Source of the DNA: an uncultured Bacilli bacterium
Lineage (GTDB): Bacteria > Bacillota_I > Bacilli_A > RFN20 > CAG-449
DNA length: 63,326 nucleotides
Reading direction: 5' to 3'
Assembly (NCBI GenBank): GCA_947595215.1
Contig: CANQEO010000006.1
Span: forward strand, 1 to 63,326
The position numbers and the translations under genes are program-made. This document shows positions 40,937 through 52,391 of the stretch, one piece after another. Numbering within the stretch: position 1 is the stretch's first letter; each line of letters starts with the position of its first letter. Below the pieces are notes generated by a model. That model searched no databases. It was given only the letters and a program-made list of their open reading frames with translations, and was not told the origin of the DNA.

Positions 40937-42103
40937 TTATAATGAATTACGAAGAATTTTAGCGACATCTTCTTTAGTTAAATTAAGATAGCCTCCTTCA
41001 TCTAAATTGATAGTTTGAGCGATTGTATCAATCATATCTTCTTTTACACCAACTTCTTTGATGCTCATTGCCAAACCAATTTCTTTCATCCATTTTTCTA
41101 AACATTTTAATCCTTCTAAAGCAATTTCTTCATCGCTTTTACTTGATGGATTAACTTTCCAAACTTCAAGAGCAAAGCGTTTAAATTTATCAAGTCCATA
41201 TGGCATGATGTAGCGATAATATGCAATCGATACAGACGATAAAGTCATGCCATGAGTTGCATCAGTATAAGCGGCGATATGTTGTCCGATTCCATGAACA
41301 GTCCAGTCTGTTTTCTTTCCTTTAGCAACTAAGGTATTTAAGGCCCAAGTTGCAATCCACATGATATTACTTCTAGCATCATAATCTTTTGGATTTTTGA
41401 CAGCGATCAAACTGCTATTAATTAAAGAGCGCATTAAACCTTCCATTAAGTAATCGGATGTATTATCGTCATAATCAGAAAAATATTGTTCCATTATGTG
41501 GGACATAATGTCGAAAAATCCAGCTACCATTTGATATTGAGGAACAGTATATGTATAAAGTGGATTTAAGATAGCAAATTTTGGGAATACTTCTTCACCG
41601 AAAACATGTCCCACTTTCATTTTACTCTGATGATTGGTAATTACTGCACCACCATTCATTTCACTACCAGTTCCAACCATAGTTAGCACACAACCAACTG
41701 GAATAATTTTACAACTTGGCTCTTCAAATCGCAGATAATATTTATCCCAAGGATCTTCTTCGCAATAAGCAGACACAGAAACTGCTTTAGCGTAATCAAC
41801 TACAGAACCACCACCGACAGCTAAAATTAAATCAATATTATTTTCCTTAGCCATCTTAGCTCCTTCATATAGTTTTTCTACTGTTGGATTAGGCATAACG
41901 CCAGCATCTTCGATAATGATCTTATCTCTTTCTTTTAATATTTTTATTACTTCATCATATAAACCGTTTTTCTTAATTGAACCGCCACCATAAATAAGTT
42001 GTACTTTGGGTCCGTATTTTTTTAGTTCATCTTTTAAATAGTTTAAAGATGAATCACCAAAATATAATTTTGTTGGATTACAAAAAATGAAATTTCCTCT
42101 CAT
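40937..42103 (-). CDS. Iron-containing alcohol (butanol) dehydrogenase
   Basis: NPTKLYFG, GGGSVVD, GTGSE, H...H metal ligands. Confidence 0.9.
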   Translation of the reverse strand: MRGNFIFCNPTKLYFGDSSLNYLKDELKKYGPKVQLIYGGGSIKKNGLYDEVIKILKERDKIIIEDAGVMPNPTVEKLYEGAKMAKENNIDLILAVGGGSVVDYAKAVSVSAYCEEDPWDKYYLRFEEPSCKIIPVGCVLTMVGTGSEMNGGAVITNHQSKMKVGHVFGEEVFPKFAILNPLYTYTVPQYQMVAGFFDIMSHIMEQYFSDYDDNTSDYLMEGLMRSLINSSLIAVKNPKDYDARSNIMWIATWALNTLVAKGKKTDWTVHGIGQHIAAYTDATHGMTLSSVSIAYYRYIMPYGLDKFKRFALEVWKVNPSSKSDEEIALEGLKCLEKWMKEIGLAMSIKEVGVKEDMIDTIAQTINLDEGGYLNLTKEDVAKILRNSL

Positions 42104-42322
42104 AAAATCTCCTTTCGTTAATTTATATTAATAAACATATTCTATCACAAAATGATTAAAATCTCATTTGGAATTAATAAAAAGTACTAGCGCTCTATAA
42201 TTAGAATGTCGATGCGAATTATTTATTAATATTTTTCTAATCAATAGGTTAAATTAAAAAAATCACCACATGGTGACTCCTAATTTATATAAATTCAGAT
42301 TTCTCTGAACACTTTCTCAAAT

Positions 42323-42399
<77 letters not shown>

Positions 42400-42464
42400 A
42401 ACGCTTAGTTATAATACAATAATAAATAATAAAAATCAACATCATTTTTAATTTTTTCTAAGTT

Positions 42465-43139
42465 TTAAATCGAAATTTTATAATAAGCGATAAGAGAATC
42501 TAAAATTGTTTTCGCAATCAAGTTTTGATAATTATTATCAAGAAGATTTTTACGTTCATTGCTATTTGAAATAAAGCCACATTCTACTAATATCCCAACA
42601 CATGTAGTCGCTCTAAAAAGGTAATAATCTTCAGTGTGAGTTTTTTTATCAACATTTGCCATTTCATTGAGTTTTTGTTGAGTAATTTCTGCAAGCTTCT
42701 TTGATGATTCATCTTTAGCTCGATAATAAACCATCGGTCCATGTACAGATGCATCATTTAACGCATTTAAATGAATCGAAACAAAAGCATCAGCATTTGA
42801 AGTGGTTATCGCTGTTGCTCTATTTTTCAAGTCCTCTCTTTTTCGATTGCTCGCATAAAGCGATGCAAGATCATAATCTCCACTTCTTGTGATGTAAGCT
42901 ACGAAGTTTTCTTTAAGTAACAACTCAAATAGTTTAGATGCGATTTTTAGATTTATTTCATCCTCAGCAACTTGCTCTCTAGATGCGCCATCATCTTTTC
43001 CACCATGTCCCGGATCAACAAAAATTATTTTATTATAAATAGAGGTAACTTCTTTAAAAGATATAGACTGTTTTGCAATATAAAAAGATACAATGGATAA
43101 AGAGCTTATGATAAAAATTAAAAAAATCTTTTTAATCAC
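42465..43139 (-). CDS. N-acetylmuramoyl-L-alanine amidase (Amidase_3, CwlD-like)
   Basis: VDPGHGGKD, E..INL, SIHLN, LVECGFISN, KREDLKNR; probable GTG start at 43139; downstream of rpsI. Confidence 0.85.
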   Translation of the reverse strand: MIKKIFLIFIISSLSIVSFYIAKQSISFKEVTSIYNKIIFVDPGHGGKDDGASREQVAEDEINLKIASKLFELLLKENFVAYITRSGDYDLASLYASNRKREDLKNRATAITTSNADAFVSIHLNALNDASVHGPMVYYRAKDESSKKLAEITQQKLNEMANVDKKTHTEDYYLFRATTCVGILVECGFISNSNERKNLLDNNYQNLIAKTILDSLIAYYKISI

Positions 43140-43229
43140 ACAATCACCATTTAAAAATATGTATTTAAAAGAAATTATAGAAGTTAAAAAAAGAGCACCG
43201 ATGTGCTCTTCATAAACGCGCAATATAAA

Positions 43230-43640
43230 TTAACGTTTTGAGAATTGTGGTGCTCTTCTAGCAGCTTTAAGACCATACTTCTTACGTTCTTTAGCACGTG
43301 AATCTCTAGTTAACATTCCTGCTACTTTAAGAGTTGAACGCATATCTGGAGTTACATTTAATAAAGCTCTGGCGATACCTAAACGAATCGCACCGGCTTG
43401 TCCAGTGAATCCACCACCATTAACAGTTGCCTTAACATCGAATTTATCGGCTGAAGCAGTGAGTTCGAGCGGTTGTTTTAAATCCATTACTAAAGTCGCA
43501 TAAGGCATATATTCGTTAACATCTCTACCATTAATAGTGATAACACCTTTTCCAGGAGTCAAGTACACTCTAGCGACTGATGATTTTCTACGTCCAGTGC
43601 CGTAATAAACGACATCTTGAGCTTTCTTCTTAGCTGGCAT
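43230..43640 (-). CDS. rpsI: 30S ribosomal protein S9
   Basis: [12 protein letters not shown]...RAPQFSKR. Confidence 0.98.
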   Translation of the reverse strand: MPAKKKAQDVVYYGTGRRKSSVARVYLTPGKGVITINGRDVNEYMPYATLVMDLKQPLELTASADKFDVKATVNGGGFTGQAGAIRLGIARALLNVTPDMRSTLKVAGMLTRDSRAKERKKYGLKAARRAPQFSKR

Positions 43641-43652
43641 TTATCTTTCCTC

Positions 43653-44093
43653 CTAATACTTTAATTCAAGCACTTCAGGATTTTGAGCCTGATGCTTGTG
43701 TTCGCTTCCTGCATAAACAAATAATTTCTTGTAGATTTGTCTTCCTAAGCGACCTTTTGGTAACATACCCCAAACGGCTCTTTCGACCATTTCGACTGGA
43801 TATTCTCTCTTCATCACTCCAACTGATCTCTTTCTGATTCCTCTAGCATAACCGGAAGCATTGTAGTAATATTTTTTGCTTTCGGCATCACCAGATAAAG
43901 CGACTTTCTCAGCATTGACGATGATGATGTAATCACCACAATCAATATTTGGGGTAAAAACAGCCTTGTTTTTGCCGGTTAAATAGACTGCGACTTCAGA
44001 TGCTAAACGTCCAAGTGGTTTGTTTGCTGCATCTACAACATACCACTTACGTTCGATATCTTTGGCTTTTGCAATAGTTGTTTGACGTTGCAT
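43653..44093 (-). CDS. rplM: 50S ribosomal protein L13
   Basis: WYVVDA...LGRLAS, GMLPKG. Confidence 0.98.
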   Translation of the reverse strand: MQRQTTIAKAKDIERKWYVVDAANKPLGRLASEVAVYLTGKNKAVFTPNIDCGDYIIIVNAEKVALSGDAESKKYYYNASGYARGIRKRSVGVMKREYPVEMVERAVWGMLPKGRLGRQIYKKLFVYAGSEHKHQAQNPEVLELKY

Positions 44094-44116
44094 GAATAAT
44101 TCCTCCTAATAATTGT

Positions 44117-44136
44117 TTGTCTTACCGGGACTACAA
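44117..44136 (-). promoter_or_regulatory. Probable L13 leader element
   Basis: TTGT-AGTCCCGGTAAG-ACAA hairpin with CCCGG just upstream of the rplM RBS. Confidence 0.45.
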
Positions 44137-44314
44137 TTGGCGAATTAATGCCATCTACTATATTAACTAAACTACATTCTAGTTTCAATTAAAATAGTAA
44201 AAAACTAAAAAAATTAAATGCTAAAATAATATTAATATTTATGAAGTCAAAATTTTATATAACAATTTATTCTATTTATAAAAAGGTAACCCTTTCGAGT
44301 TACCTTAAGTTTTA

Positions 44315-47300
44315 TTAATCAGCTAATTTTTTGAATCTTCTCCAACGCATTGCAGCGTATTCTTGAGATTTGGTGAGAAGTTCTTCAGCATGTTCCGGAT
44401 TAACTTTTGGAAGTTGTGAATATCGAGTTTCACACATCACGAAATCTCTGAATTTAGAGAAGTCTGGCTCTGGGCAATCAATTTGCATTGGATTCTTACC
44501 TTGAGCTTCTAAGCGTGGATCATAACGGAAGATTGGGAAGTAACCACATTCGACCGCCTTTTTCTCAGTTAATTGAGAATTAGCTAAACCACCCTTAATA
44601 CCATGCGCTTGACATGGTGAATAGCAAATGATGAGCGATGGTCCATTATAACTTTCAGCTTCTTGAAGAGCTTTGATTGCTTGCATTGGATTTGCACCCA
44701 TTGCGATCTGAGCAACATAGACGTGACCATAAGCGATTGCCATCATTGCTAAGTTCTTTTTCGCAGTCTTTTTACCAGACGCAGTAAATTTAGCAATAGA
44801 ACCGGTTTGAGAAGACTTAGATGATTGACCACCAGTATTCGAATAGACTTCAGTATCTAAGACTAAGATGTTAACATCTTCTTCGTTAGCAACAACATGA
44901 TCTAATCCACCGTAACCGATATCGTAAGCCCAACCATCACCACCGACGATCCAGACCGATTTATCAATTAAGTCTCTTTCATATTCGAGAACTTCTTTAA
45001 CAGCCTCATTTTTAGAAGCTTTAACTAAAGCGACTAATTTATCGACGATAGTTCTAACATATTTACGATCCTTAATGTGAGTGACATAGTCATCAATAAC
45101 ACTAGCGAGTTCTTCTTCAACATCAGTTTTGTTATCTTCTAAGATTTTGACGATTTGAGATAACTTGTAATCAGTAGCTACTCTCATACCAAAACCATAT
45201 TCGGCGTTATCTTCGAATAAGGAGTTAGCCCAAGCAACACCTTGACCATTTTTATCGGTGCAGAAAGGAGTAAGTGGAGTCGAACCATTATAAATAGAAG
45301 AACATCCAGTAGCGTTAGCAACTAACATATCTTTACCGAATAATTGTGATACTAAACGATAGTATGGAGTTTCACCACAACCTGCACATGCACCAGAGAC
45401 TTCGACATATGGCATTAAGAAACTTGCGCCCTTAATGGTCGTAGTTGGAAATAAGCCTTCTTTATAAGCAACTTCCTTATAGAGGTAATTTGCGGCTTCT
45501 TCTTTATCAAATTGAGTCTTAGCTTCAACCATCTGTAAAGCTTTCTTACCCATCTTACCTGGACATTGAACAACACATAGTCCACATCCGACACAGTTTC
45601 TTGGAGTAACTTGGATACGAAATTTTAATCCTTTGACATTCGGACCACCCATTGCATCTAAGACATCTTCCTTATCACCCGGGATATTAGCAACTTCCTC
45701 ATCAGTTAACATGAAAGGTCTAATAGTCGCGTGTGGACAAACGAAAGCACATTGGTTACATTGGATACAATTTTCTTTAATCCACATTGGAACTTTGTCA
45801 GCAATTGAACGTTTTTCTTTAAATGTAACGTTATTTCTCATCGTACCATCTAAGAGTTCATATTCAGTGAACTTAGAAACTGGTAAATCATAGCCATCTA
45901 ATGAGCCTATAACATTGACATAGGAATCAAAGTATTCATCATCGCTCTTAACATATTCACGTTTGAATGGTAAATCTTTCCACTCTTCTTTAACTTTAAC
46001 TTCGACTAAACCATCAGCACCAGCATCAATGGCATCCCAGTTCATCTTAACGATTTCATCACCCTTTTTAGCGTAGCTCTTCTTGGCGAATTTCTTCATC
46101 CAATCTTGTGCTTCTGCATATGGCATGATGTTTTGATTTAAGTAGAAGAAACTGGCTTGTAAAATAGTGTTAGTTCTTCTTCCTAATCCGATTTTAGCAG
46201 CGATTGCATTAGCATCGATAATGTAGAATTTTGCATTTTTATCAGCAAGTTGCTTTTTAACTCTATTTGGAAGTTTAGCTTCGATTTGATCTGCTGGAAT
46301 ATCAGTATTCAATAAGAATGTTCCACCATTTTTTAAACATTTGATCATATCGAACTTGAAGATATAACTATCTAATGAGCAAGATAAGAAGTCAGCGTGT
46401 TCAACATAATATGTCGAGTGAATTGGTTTCTTACCAAAGCGTAAGTGGGAACGAGTGACACCACCGGCTTTTCTGGAGTCATAAGCAAAGTAAGCTTGGG
46501 CATACTGTCCGGTCGCATCACCAATAATCTTAATTGATGATTTGTTAGCAGAAACAGTACCATCAGAACCTAATCCGTAGAATAAGCATGATGTGTAGTC
46601 ACCATCAACATGAAAACTTTCATCAACAGGGATTGAAAGATGAGTGACATCATCGTTAATACCAACAGTGAATGAATTCCAATTGTCTTTAGCGTCTAAG
46701 AAATCATAGACTGATTTGATGTGTTTTGGTTGAGTATCTTTACTTGAAAGACCATATCTACCACCTAAAACGACATCAACCTCACGCCCTTCTTGACGTA
46801 AAGCAGCTACGACATCAAGATATAAAGGTTCGCCAGTTGCACCGATTTCTTTAGTACGATCTAAAACCGCAATCTTTTTAACACTTGATGGAATCACTGA
46901 GACTAGGTGTTTGCTTGAGAATGGACGATAAAGATGAACTTTAACTAAACCGACTTTTTCTCCAGAAGCGTTTAAAACATCAACGACTTCGCGAGCGGTT
47001 TCAGTAACTGACCCCATTGCGATAATAACCTTAGTTGCATCTTTAGCACCATAGTAAACAAATGGGGCATATTCCCGTCCGGTCATCTCAGTAACTTTTT
47101 TGAAGTAATCTTCTGCGATTCCCACTATTTCAGCAAAATGTTTATTTTGAGCTTCTCTACCTTGGAAGTAGATATCATCATTTTCAGCGCCGCCACGGGT
47201 AACTGCGTGTGTGTGTGGATTTAAAGCTCTCGCTCTAAATTCCGCTAATTTTTCTTGATCAATTAATTTATTCCATTCGCTTTCAGCGACAAATTCGACG

Positions 47301-47881
47301 TTTTGAATTTCGTGCGAAGTCCTAAATCCATCGAAGAAGTGAACGACTGGAGCTTGTGATTTAATAGCGACAAGGTGAGCAAGTGGAGCAAGGTCAGCAC
47401 ATTCTTGAACAGAGTGAGAACAAAGCATTGTAACTCCAGTTTGTCTTACCGCATAGACATCTTGGTGATCACCAAAAATTGATAAAGAACGGGTCGCTAA
47501 GCTTCTCGCTGAAACATGAAGAACTGCTGGTAGCAATTCGCCAACCCATTTATAAATATTTGGAATCATCAATAATAAACCTTGAGATGCTGTATAGGTA
47601 GTCGCTAAAGCACCAGCCTGTAACGCACCATGAACTGTGCCTGAAGCACCAGCTTCTGATTGCATTTCAACAACTTTTACTTCGGTTCCGAAGCAATTTT
47701 TCTTTCCCTCACTAGCATATTGATCGACTAATTCAGCCATCGTTGAAGATGGAGTAATAGGATAAATACTAGCGACTTCGGTAAAGTTATAGGAAGCTAA
47801 AGCAACTGCAGTGTTTCCGTCAACCGATAGGAAATATTTCTTGGTATTTTCTTCCATTCTTTTTCCTCCTAATAAAACCAT
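44315..47881 (-). CDS. nifJ: Pyruvate:ferredoxin (flavodoxin) oxidoreductase
   Basis: YPITPSS, GSDGTV, two CxxCxxCxxxCP, GDGWAYDIG, EVYSNTGGQ. Confidence 0.96.
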   Translation of the reverse strand: MVLLGGKRMEENTKKYFLSVDGNTAVALASYNFTEVASIYPITPSSTMAELVDQYASEGKKNCFGTEVKVVEMQSEAGASGTVHGALQAGALATTYTASQGLLLMIPNIYKWVGELLPAVLHVSARSLATRSLSIFGDHQDVYAVRQTGVTMLCSHSVQECADLAPLAHLVAIKSQAPVVHFFDGFRTSHEIQNVEFVAESEWNKLIDQEKLAEFRARALNPHTHAVTRGGAENDDIYFQGREAQNKHFAEIVGIAEDYFKKVTEMTGREYAPFVYYGAKDATKVIIAMGSVTETAREVVDVLNASGEKVGLVKVHLYRPFSSKHLVSVIPSSVKKIAVLDRTKEIGATGEPLYLDVVAALRQEGREVDVVLGGRYGLSSKDTQPKHIKSVYDFLDAKDNWNSFTVGINDDVTHLSIPVDESFHVDGDYTSCLFYGLGSDGTVSANKSSIKIIGDATGQYAQAYFAYDSRKAGGVTRSHLRFGKKPIHSTYYVEHADFLSCSLDSYIFKFDMIKCLKNGGTFLLNTDIPADQIEAKLPNRVKKQLADKNAKFYIIDANAIAAKIGLGRRTNTILQASFFYLNQNIMPYAEAQDWMKKFAKKSYAKKGDEIVKMNWDAIDAGADGLVEVKVKEEWKDLPFKREYVKSDDEYFDSYVNVIGSLDGYDLPVSKFTEYELLDGTMRNNVTFKEKRSIADKVPMWIKENCIQCNQCAFVCPHATIRPFMLTDEEVANIPGDKEDVLDAMGGPNVKGLKFRIQVTPRNCVGCGLCVVQCPGKMGKKALQMVEAKTQFDKEEAANYLYKEVAYKEGLFPTTTIKGASFLMPYVEVSGACAGCGETPYYRLVSQLFGKDMLVANATGCSSIYNGSTPLTPFCTDKNGQGVAWANSLFEDNAEYGFGMRVATDYKLSQIVKILEDNKTDVEEELASVIDDYVTHIKDRKYVRTIVDKLVALVKASKNEAVKEVLEYERDLIDKSVWIVGGDGWAYDIGYGGLDHVVANEEDVNILVLDTEVYSNTGGQSSKSSQTGSIAKFTASGKKTAKKNLAMMAIAYGHVYVAQIAMGANPMQAIKALQEAESYNGPSLIICYSPCQAHGIKGGLANSQLTEKKAVECGYFPIFRYDPRLEAQGKNPMQIDCPEPDFSKFRDFVMCETRYSQLPKVNPEHAEELLTKSQEYAAMRWRRFKKLAD

Positions 47882-47927
47882 AGATTAGTATAAAACAAAA
47901 TACTTATAATTTCTACATCAAAACAAA

Positions 47928-48800
47928 CTAGAATTTAAAATTCTTGATGTAGTCTTTGACCTTCTCCTTTAAATCATCGCGTTCAAGAGCAAAATCGATA
48001 GTTGCTTTAACAAAGCCGAACTTATCTCCGACATCGTAACGTTCACCTTCAAAGCGGCAAGCGTAGACTTTTTCATAATCCATAAGTCTTTTTAAAGCAT
48101 CGGTAAGTTGAATCTCATTGCCTTTACCAGGCTTTTGAGTTTTTAATACTTCAAATATTTTTGGAGTAAGCACATAACGACCTAATACTGCTTCGCAAGA
48201 AGGAGCATCTTCAAGAGCCGGTTTTTCGACCATATCTTTTAGTTCAAATAAAGCACCAACCTCTCGCTTTGGAGCGACGATACCATATTTTGAAACTTCT
48301 TCCTTTTTGACCGATTGAACACCAAGAATTGAAGATTCGGTTTCTTCGTAGGCATCTATTAATTGTCTTAGCGCCTCTTTACCATGGCAATTCACAACAA
48401 TATCATCACCCAAAAGAACAGCGAAAGGTTCATTACCGACAAAGGCTTCAGCACATAAAACAGCATGTCCTAACCCTTTTGGTTCTTTTTGACTAACAAA
48501 ATAGATATTGGCCATATTCGCAATATCGCGAATCATTTTTACTTCAGCATTTTTATTAGTTTCTTTTAAACGCGTTTCTAATTCATAACTGACATCGAAA
48601 TGCTTCTCGATAGAATTTTTATTACTATTTGTAATAATAAGAATTTCTTCGATTCCCGACTTTTTTGCCTCATTGACGATATATTGGATTGTCGGAATAT
48701 CAATAATAGGTAGCATTTCTTTAGGAAGAGCTTTAGTCGCTGGTAAAAAACGCGTTCCAAGACCAGCGGCCGGAATAATTGCTTTTCTTATTTTTTGCAT
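47928..48800 (-). CDS. galU: UTP-glucose-1-phosphate uridylyltransferase
   Basis: AAGLGTRFLPATKALPKEML, GLGHAV, EIQLTDA. Confidence 0.95.
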   Translation of the reverse strand: MQKIRKAIIPAAGLGTRFLPATKALPKEMLPIIDIPTIQYIVNEAKKSGIEEILIITNSNKNSIEKHFDVSYELETRLKETNKNAEVKMIRDIANMANIYFVSQKEPKGLGHAVLCAEAFVGNEPFAVLLGDDIVVNCHGKEALRQLIDAYEETESSILGVQSVKKEEVSKYGIVAPKREVGALFELKDMVEKPALEDAPSCEAVLGRYVLTPKIFEVLKTQKPGKGNEIQLTDALKRLMDYEKVYACRFEGERYDVGDKFGFVKATIDFALERDDLKEKVKDYIKNFKF

Positions 48801-48924
48801 TATAAAATCACCTCGTATTTATTCTAATACATATTTATAAAGTTTTCCATCCCATATTAGCGAAACTTCTTGCACCAAGCATCATTTTTATTGTAAAATC
48901 AAGCAATAAGGAGGCGGTTAAATT

Positions 48925-49188
48925 ATGGTAATTTTAAAAGGAAAAGTAAATAACCCTGCTGGTCTAACTTCTCGTCTTTCAGCTGATTTAGTCGCTGAAG
49001 CCAATCGTTTTAAATCTGTAGCGACAATTATAATCGATGATGAACGAGCCGACTTGAAGTCAATCATGAACGTGATGGCTCTTGTGGTAGTAAGCGGGAA
49101 AGAATTTACGATCGAATTAGATGGTGAAGACGAAAAAATAGCTGCGCAAAGATTTGAAGAATTATTATCTGCTCTTAAATTAAAATAA
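48925..49188 (+). CDS. HPr-like phosphocarrier lacking His15 (Crh-like)
   Basis: GLTSR in place of GLHAR; ADLKSIMNVMAL keeps Ser46. Confidence 0.8.
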   Translation: MVILKGKVNNPAGLTSRLSADLVAEANRFKSVATIIIDDERADLKSIMNVMALVVVSGKEFTIELDGEDEKIAAQRFEELLSALKLK

Positions 49189-49240
49189 TTGATATAGAAT
49201 TTTACGCTCGTGTATTTCATACCTTTTAACAGGTGAAAAT

Positions 49241-50257
49241 ATGCGAGCGTTTTTAAATGTCAATTTAGATTATATGAAAGATAATTATCTCTTTCTTAAA
49301 GAAAAAGCTAAAAAAGATATCATTGCTGTCGTTAAAAGTAATGCTTATGGTCATGGTCTTGTTGAATGTGCTAAATTATTTTCTTCACTTGGAGTAAAAA
49401 TGCTTGCTGTCGCTACTTTCGAAGAAGCGATTGTAATCAGAAAAAATCTCATCAGTACACCGATTCTTCTTTTTGAGCCATCGGAAGATTTTAATATTCT
49501 TTATAGTTATCGAATCACACTTGCGGTCTCTTCGATTGAATACTTACAAAAACTCGCCGATACTAGAATTCCCTTTTCTATTCATTTAGAACTAGAAACT
49601 GGTTTTAATCGTTTAGGAATTGAACCAAAACAGATTCAAAAAGCAATCGATATCATAAACAATAGTCGATTAAATCTAAAGGGTATTTTTACTCATTTTG
49701 CCGATAAAAACAAATTTGATTCTCAAAGAATTGAATTTGAAAATACAATCAAAAGTTTTGACATTAATGCATTGATTATTCATACTTCATCATCTTATTT
49801 TATTTCTGAAGACCTACCATACACTAACGCTGTTAGAATCGGTTTATATTTATATGGAATATCTGGTGAACTAGTTGAATTAAAGCCTTGCTTACAATGT
49901 TATTGTCCAATTTATCGTGTTAAAGAAATTAGCGAAAAAGAGACAATCGGTTATGACCAAGTAGGAGTTGCACAGCACAACGGATATGTAGTTACAGTGC
50001 CTTTAGGATATAGCGATGGTTGGAATTCGAGAAGAAAAACCATCGCCTATCAAGATGATTATCTACCTCAAATCGGAAAGACTTGTATGGATTATATGAT
50101 GTTTTTTTCTCGCACACCTTTAGATATATCTAAACCATTAGAAATAATTGGTCCTAACATAAAAGTTTTAGATCTTGCAAAACTTTACAATATCTCTCCT
50201 CACGAAGTATTAGCAACCTTGAGTCCTCGTTTGAAAAGAAATTATTTTAGGCGCTAA
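49241..50257 (+). CDS. alr: Alanine racemase
   Basis: AVVKSNAYGHG, ETGFNRLG, GYSDG, CMD. Confidence 0.9.
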   Translation: MRAFLNVNLDYMKDNYLFLKEKAKKDIIAVVKSNAYGHGLVECAKLFSSLGVKMLAVATFEEAIVIRKNLISTPILLFEPSEDFNILYSYRITLAVSSIEYLQKLADTRIPFSIHLELETGFNRLGIEPKQIQKAIDIINNSRLNLKGIFTHFADKNKFDSQRIEFENTIKSFDINALIIHTSSSYFISEDLPYTNAVRIGLYLYGISGELVELKPCLQCYCPIYRVKEISEKETIGYDQVGVAQHNGYVVTVPLGYSDGWNSRRKTIAYQDDYLPQIGKTCMDYMMFFSRTPLDISKPLEIIGPNIKVLDLAKLYNISPHEVLATLSPRLKRNYFRR

Positions 50258-52390
50258 TTAATTGGATATTCTTTTTAATTCCGAAGGAGTAACTGATAAT
50301 TTAATTTTAAAATAGATGTAGGTTGTTAATACCATGAGGATGAACGGCACAATTAATCCCAATATTGCTGATAAAGGATTTAAATATAATCCTATCGATG
50401 TTTGAGCGTTGAAGGTTTTCAAATGAAGAATAATAAATATTGATAAAATTTCTCCAATTATAAGTGTTGATAATAAATTTTTAGCGCGCGCTTTTACTAT
50501 TTCAGTCACCAAAATTTCTCTTCTTACACCAAGCATTACAAATGGAACTAATCTTGAAATATTTAAATGAAAATATGATCGCATATCGACGATATATAAG
50601 AATAAAAATAAAATAGCTATAACTGCGCTAGAAATAAAAATTAAAATCATTACCCATCTTAAAGTTTCCTTGTTACTATCAAGATACGGAATAATTGTCA
50701 CTTCTTCATTTTCTAATATTGCTTTAATTTGTTCTGATTGTTGAGTGTAGATACAATCTTCTCCAGATTCAAAAACCATTCTCATAAAGGCATAATCACT
50801 AACTATGGCCCTTGGGAGTTCATAAAAAGTCGTCGCATTAAATAATTGCAACCATTCGTCGAGATTATAATCCATTACTTTATATGTTCTTTGTTCATAT
50901 ACCATCTCAGCACTGCCATAATCTCTTATCATAATGGTGTCATCTTGCAACTCGAAATCAAAATTATTTGGAGCAAGTTTTTTTGCATATGAAAGAGGAA
51001 TTACACTGTCATCAAAAATTTCTGATGCAATAGAATCTCCAAGTAAAAGCGTCTCCCTAGAAAAAAGTAAAGCAGCCATTCCCGTATTTGCAATGCCGCA
51101 TATCTTATATGTAGCTTTTGTAAGTCTGATGTTAATGTGCATTCCGATAAAATCCTCAACGCTCCTAAGAACTGATAAAGCAGCCGCATTAGACGCATTA
51201 TTTAATGGTTTCAACACAAAATTCGCATTTCCAAGAATTTTGTTGGCGAGCGAAATATCAATTAAGATTTCATCGATTTTTTCCGGTTTTTTACCTAATA
51301 TTATTTCCGGATTAAAAAAATCATATGGCAATATATAACTATCTATATTACTAAATGTCAACTGAACATTAGTTATATATGATGGTATATTTTTCGGATA
51401 CAACGACATGTTAATGTTTGATACATATTCATATGATAAAGAGCCTAAAATAACCTTATTTTCTAACTCATGATAAGAATCTTCACTGAGTTTTTTATTG
51501 CTATTACTTCTTACAATATAAGTTTCCGGATTTTTTGAGGGATCGATAAAATTATCAGCGATTATACGCGAAGATAATGCGAAAAAAATATTAAAAATAA
51601 TAATGAACACCATCAATAAAATCCTAGTCACTCTTTTATTTGATACATTAAAATGGAAATAATTTTTATCAATCTTCTTTAAAGTAGTAACTGCAGTTTT
51701 TGCGATTTCTAAATTTTTTTCAGTATAGTTGAGAAAACTATCTTGAATTATTTCTCCATCTTTCATACGAATTAATCTATCCGCATAAGTTTTTGCTAAT
51801 TCTTCTTCATGAGTAACCATAATTACAAGGTGATGTTTAGAAATTTTTTTCAATATTTCCATAACTAGAATACGATTAGCTTCATCAAGGTTGCCAGTTG
51901 GCTCATCGGCAAGAATAAATAATGGTTTTTTCATAAGAGTTCTCGCAATAGCAACACGTTGTCGTTCCCCACTAGAAAGACGAGAAACTTTCCTTTCTTT
52001 TAAATGTTCCATTTGAACTGATTTAAGCACATCGTTGATGAGACTATCTCGCATTTCTTTATTTGTTTCTAAGCAAAAAGGGACTAAGTTTTCATAGACA
52101 CTCGCTTCTTCAATTAGAACGAAATCTTGTAATATGTATCCGATATAATTAAATCGAAAATCATCTATGCTATCACGTGACATTTTGGATAACTCATTGT
52201 CATTTATTTCTATTTTTCCTCCCGAAGGATAATCCAATCCACCGATTAAATTTAAAAGAGTTGTTTTACCACTCCCAGAAGGACCAACAATACTAACAAA
52301 ACCAACAGCAGCGAAAGTTAAAGACACATTATTAACAGCTTTATATTCTTGATGTTGATATTGTTTATTTAGATTGTATAATTTAATCAT
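50258..52390 (-). CDS. ABC transporter ATPase-permease fusion (MacB/FtsX-like)
   Basis: [26 protein letters not shown]-terminal TMs. Confidence 0.85.
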   Translation of the reverse strand: MIKLYNLNKQYQHQEYKAVNNVSLTFAAVGFVSIVGPSGSGKTTLLNLIGGLDYPSGGKIEINDNELSKMSRDSIDDFRFNYIGYILQDFVLIEEASVYENLVPFCLETNKEMRDSLINDVLKSVQMEHLKERKVSRLSSGERQRVAIARTLMKKPLFILADEPTGNLDEANRILVMEILKKISKHHLVIMVTHEEELAKTYADRLIRMKDGEIIQDSFLNYTEKNLEIAKTAVTTLKKIDKNYFHFNVSNKRVTRILLMVFIIIFNIFFALSSRIIADNFIDPSKNPETYIVRSNSNKKLSEDSYHELENKVILGSLSYEYVSNINMSLYPKNIPSYITNVQLTFSNIDSYILPYDFFNPEIILGKKPEKIDEILIDISLANKILGNANFVLKPLNNASNAAALSVLRSVEDFIGMHINIRLTKATYKICGIANTGMAALLFSRETLLLGDSIASEIFDDSVIPLSYAKKLAPNNFDFELQDDTIMIRDYGSAEMVYEQRTYKVMDYNLDEWLQLFNATTFYELPRAIVSDYAFMRMVFESGEDCIYTQQSEQIKAILENEEVTIIPYLDSNKETLRWVMILIFISSAVIAILFLFLYIVDMRSYFHLNISRLVPFVMLGVRREILVTEIVKARAKNLLSTLIIGEILSIFIILHLKTFNAQTSIGLYLNPLSAILGLIVPFILMVLTTYIYFKIKLSVTPSELKRISN

Positions 52391-52391
52391 T

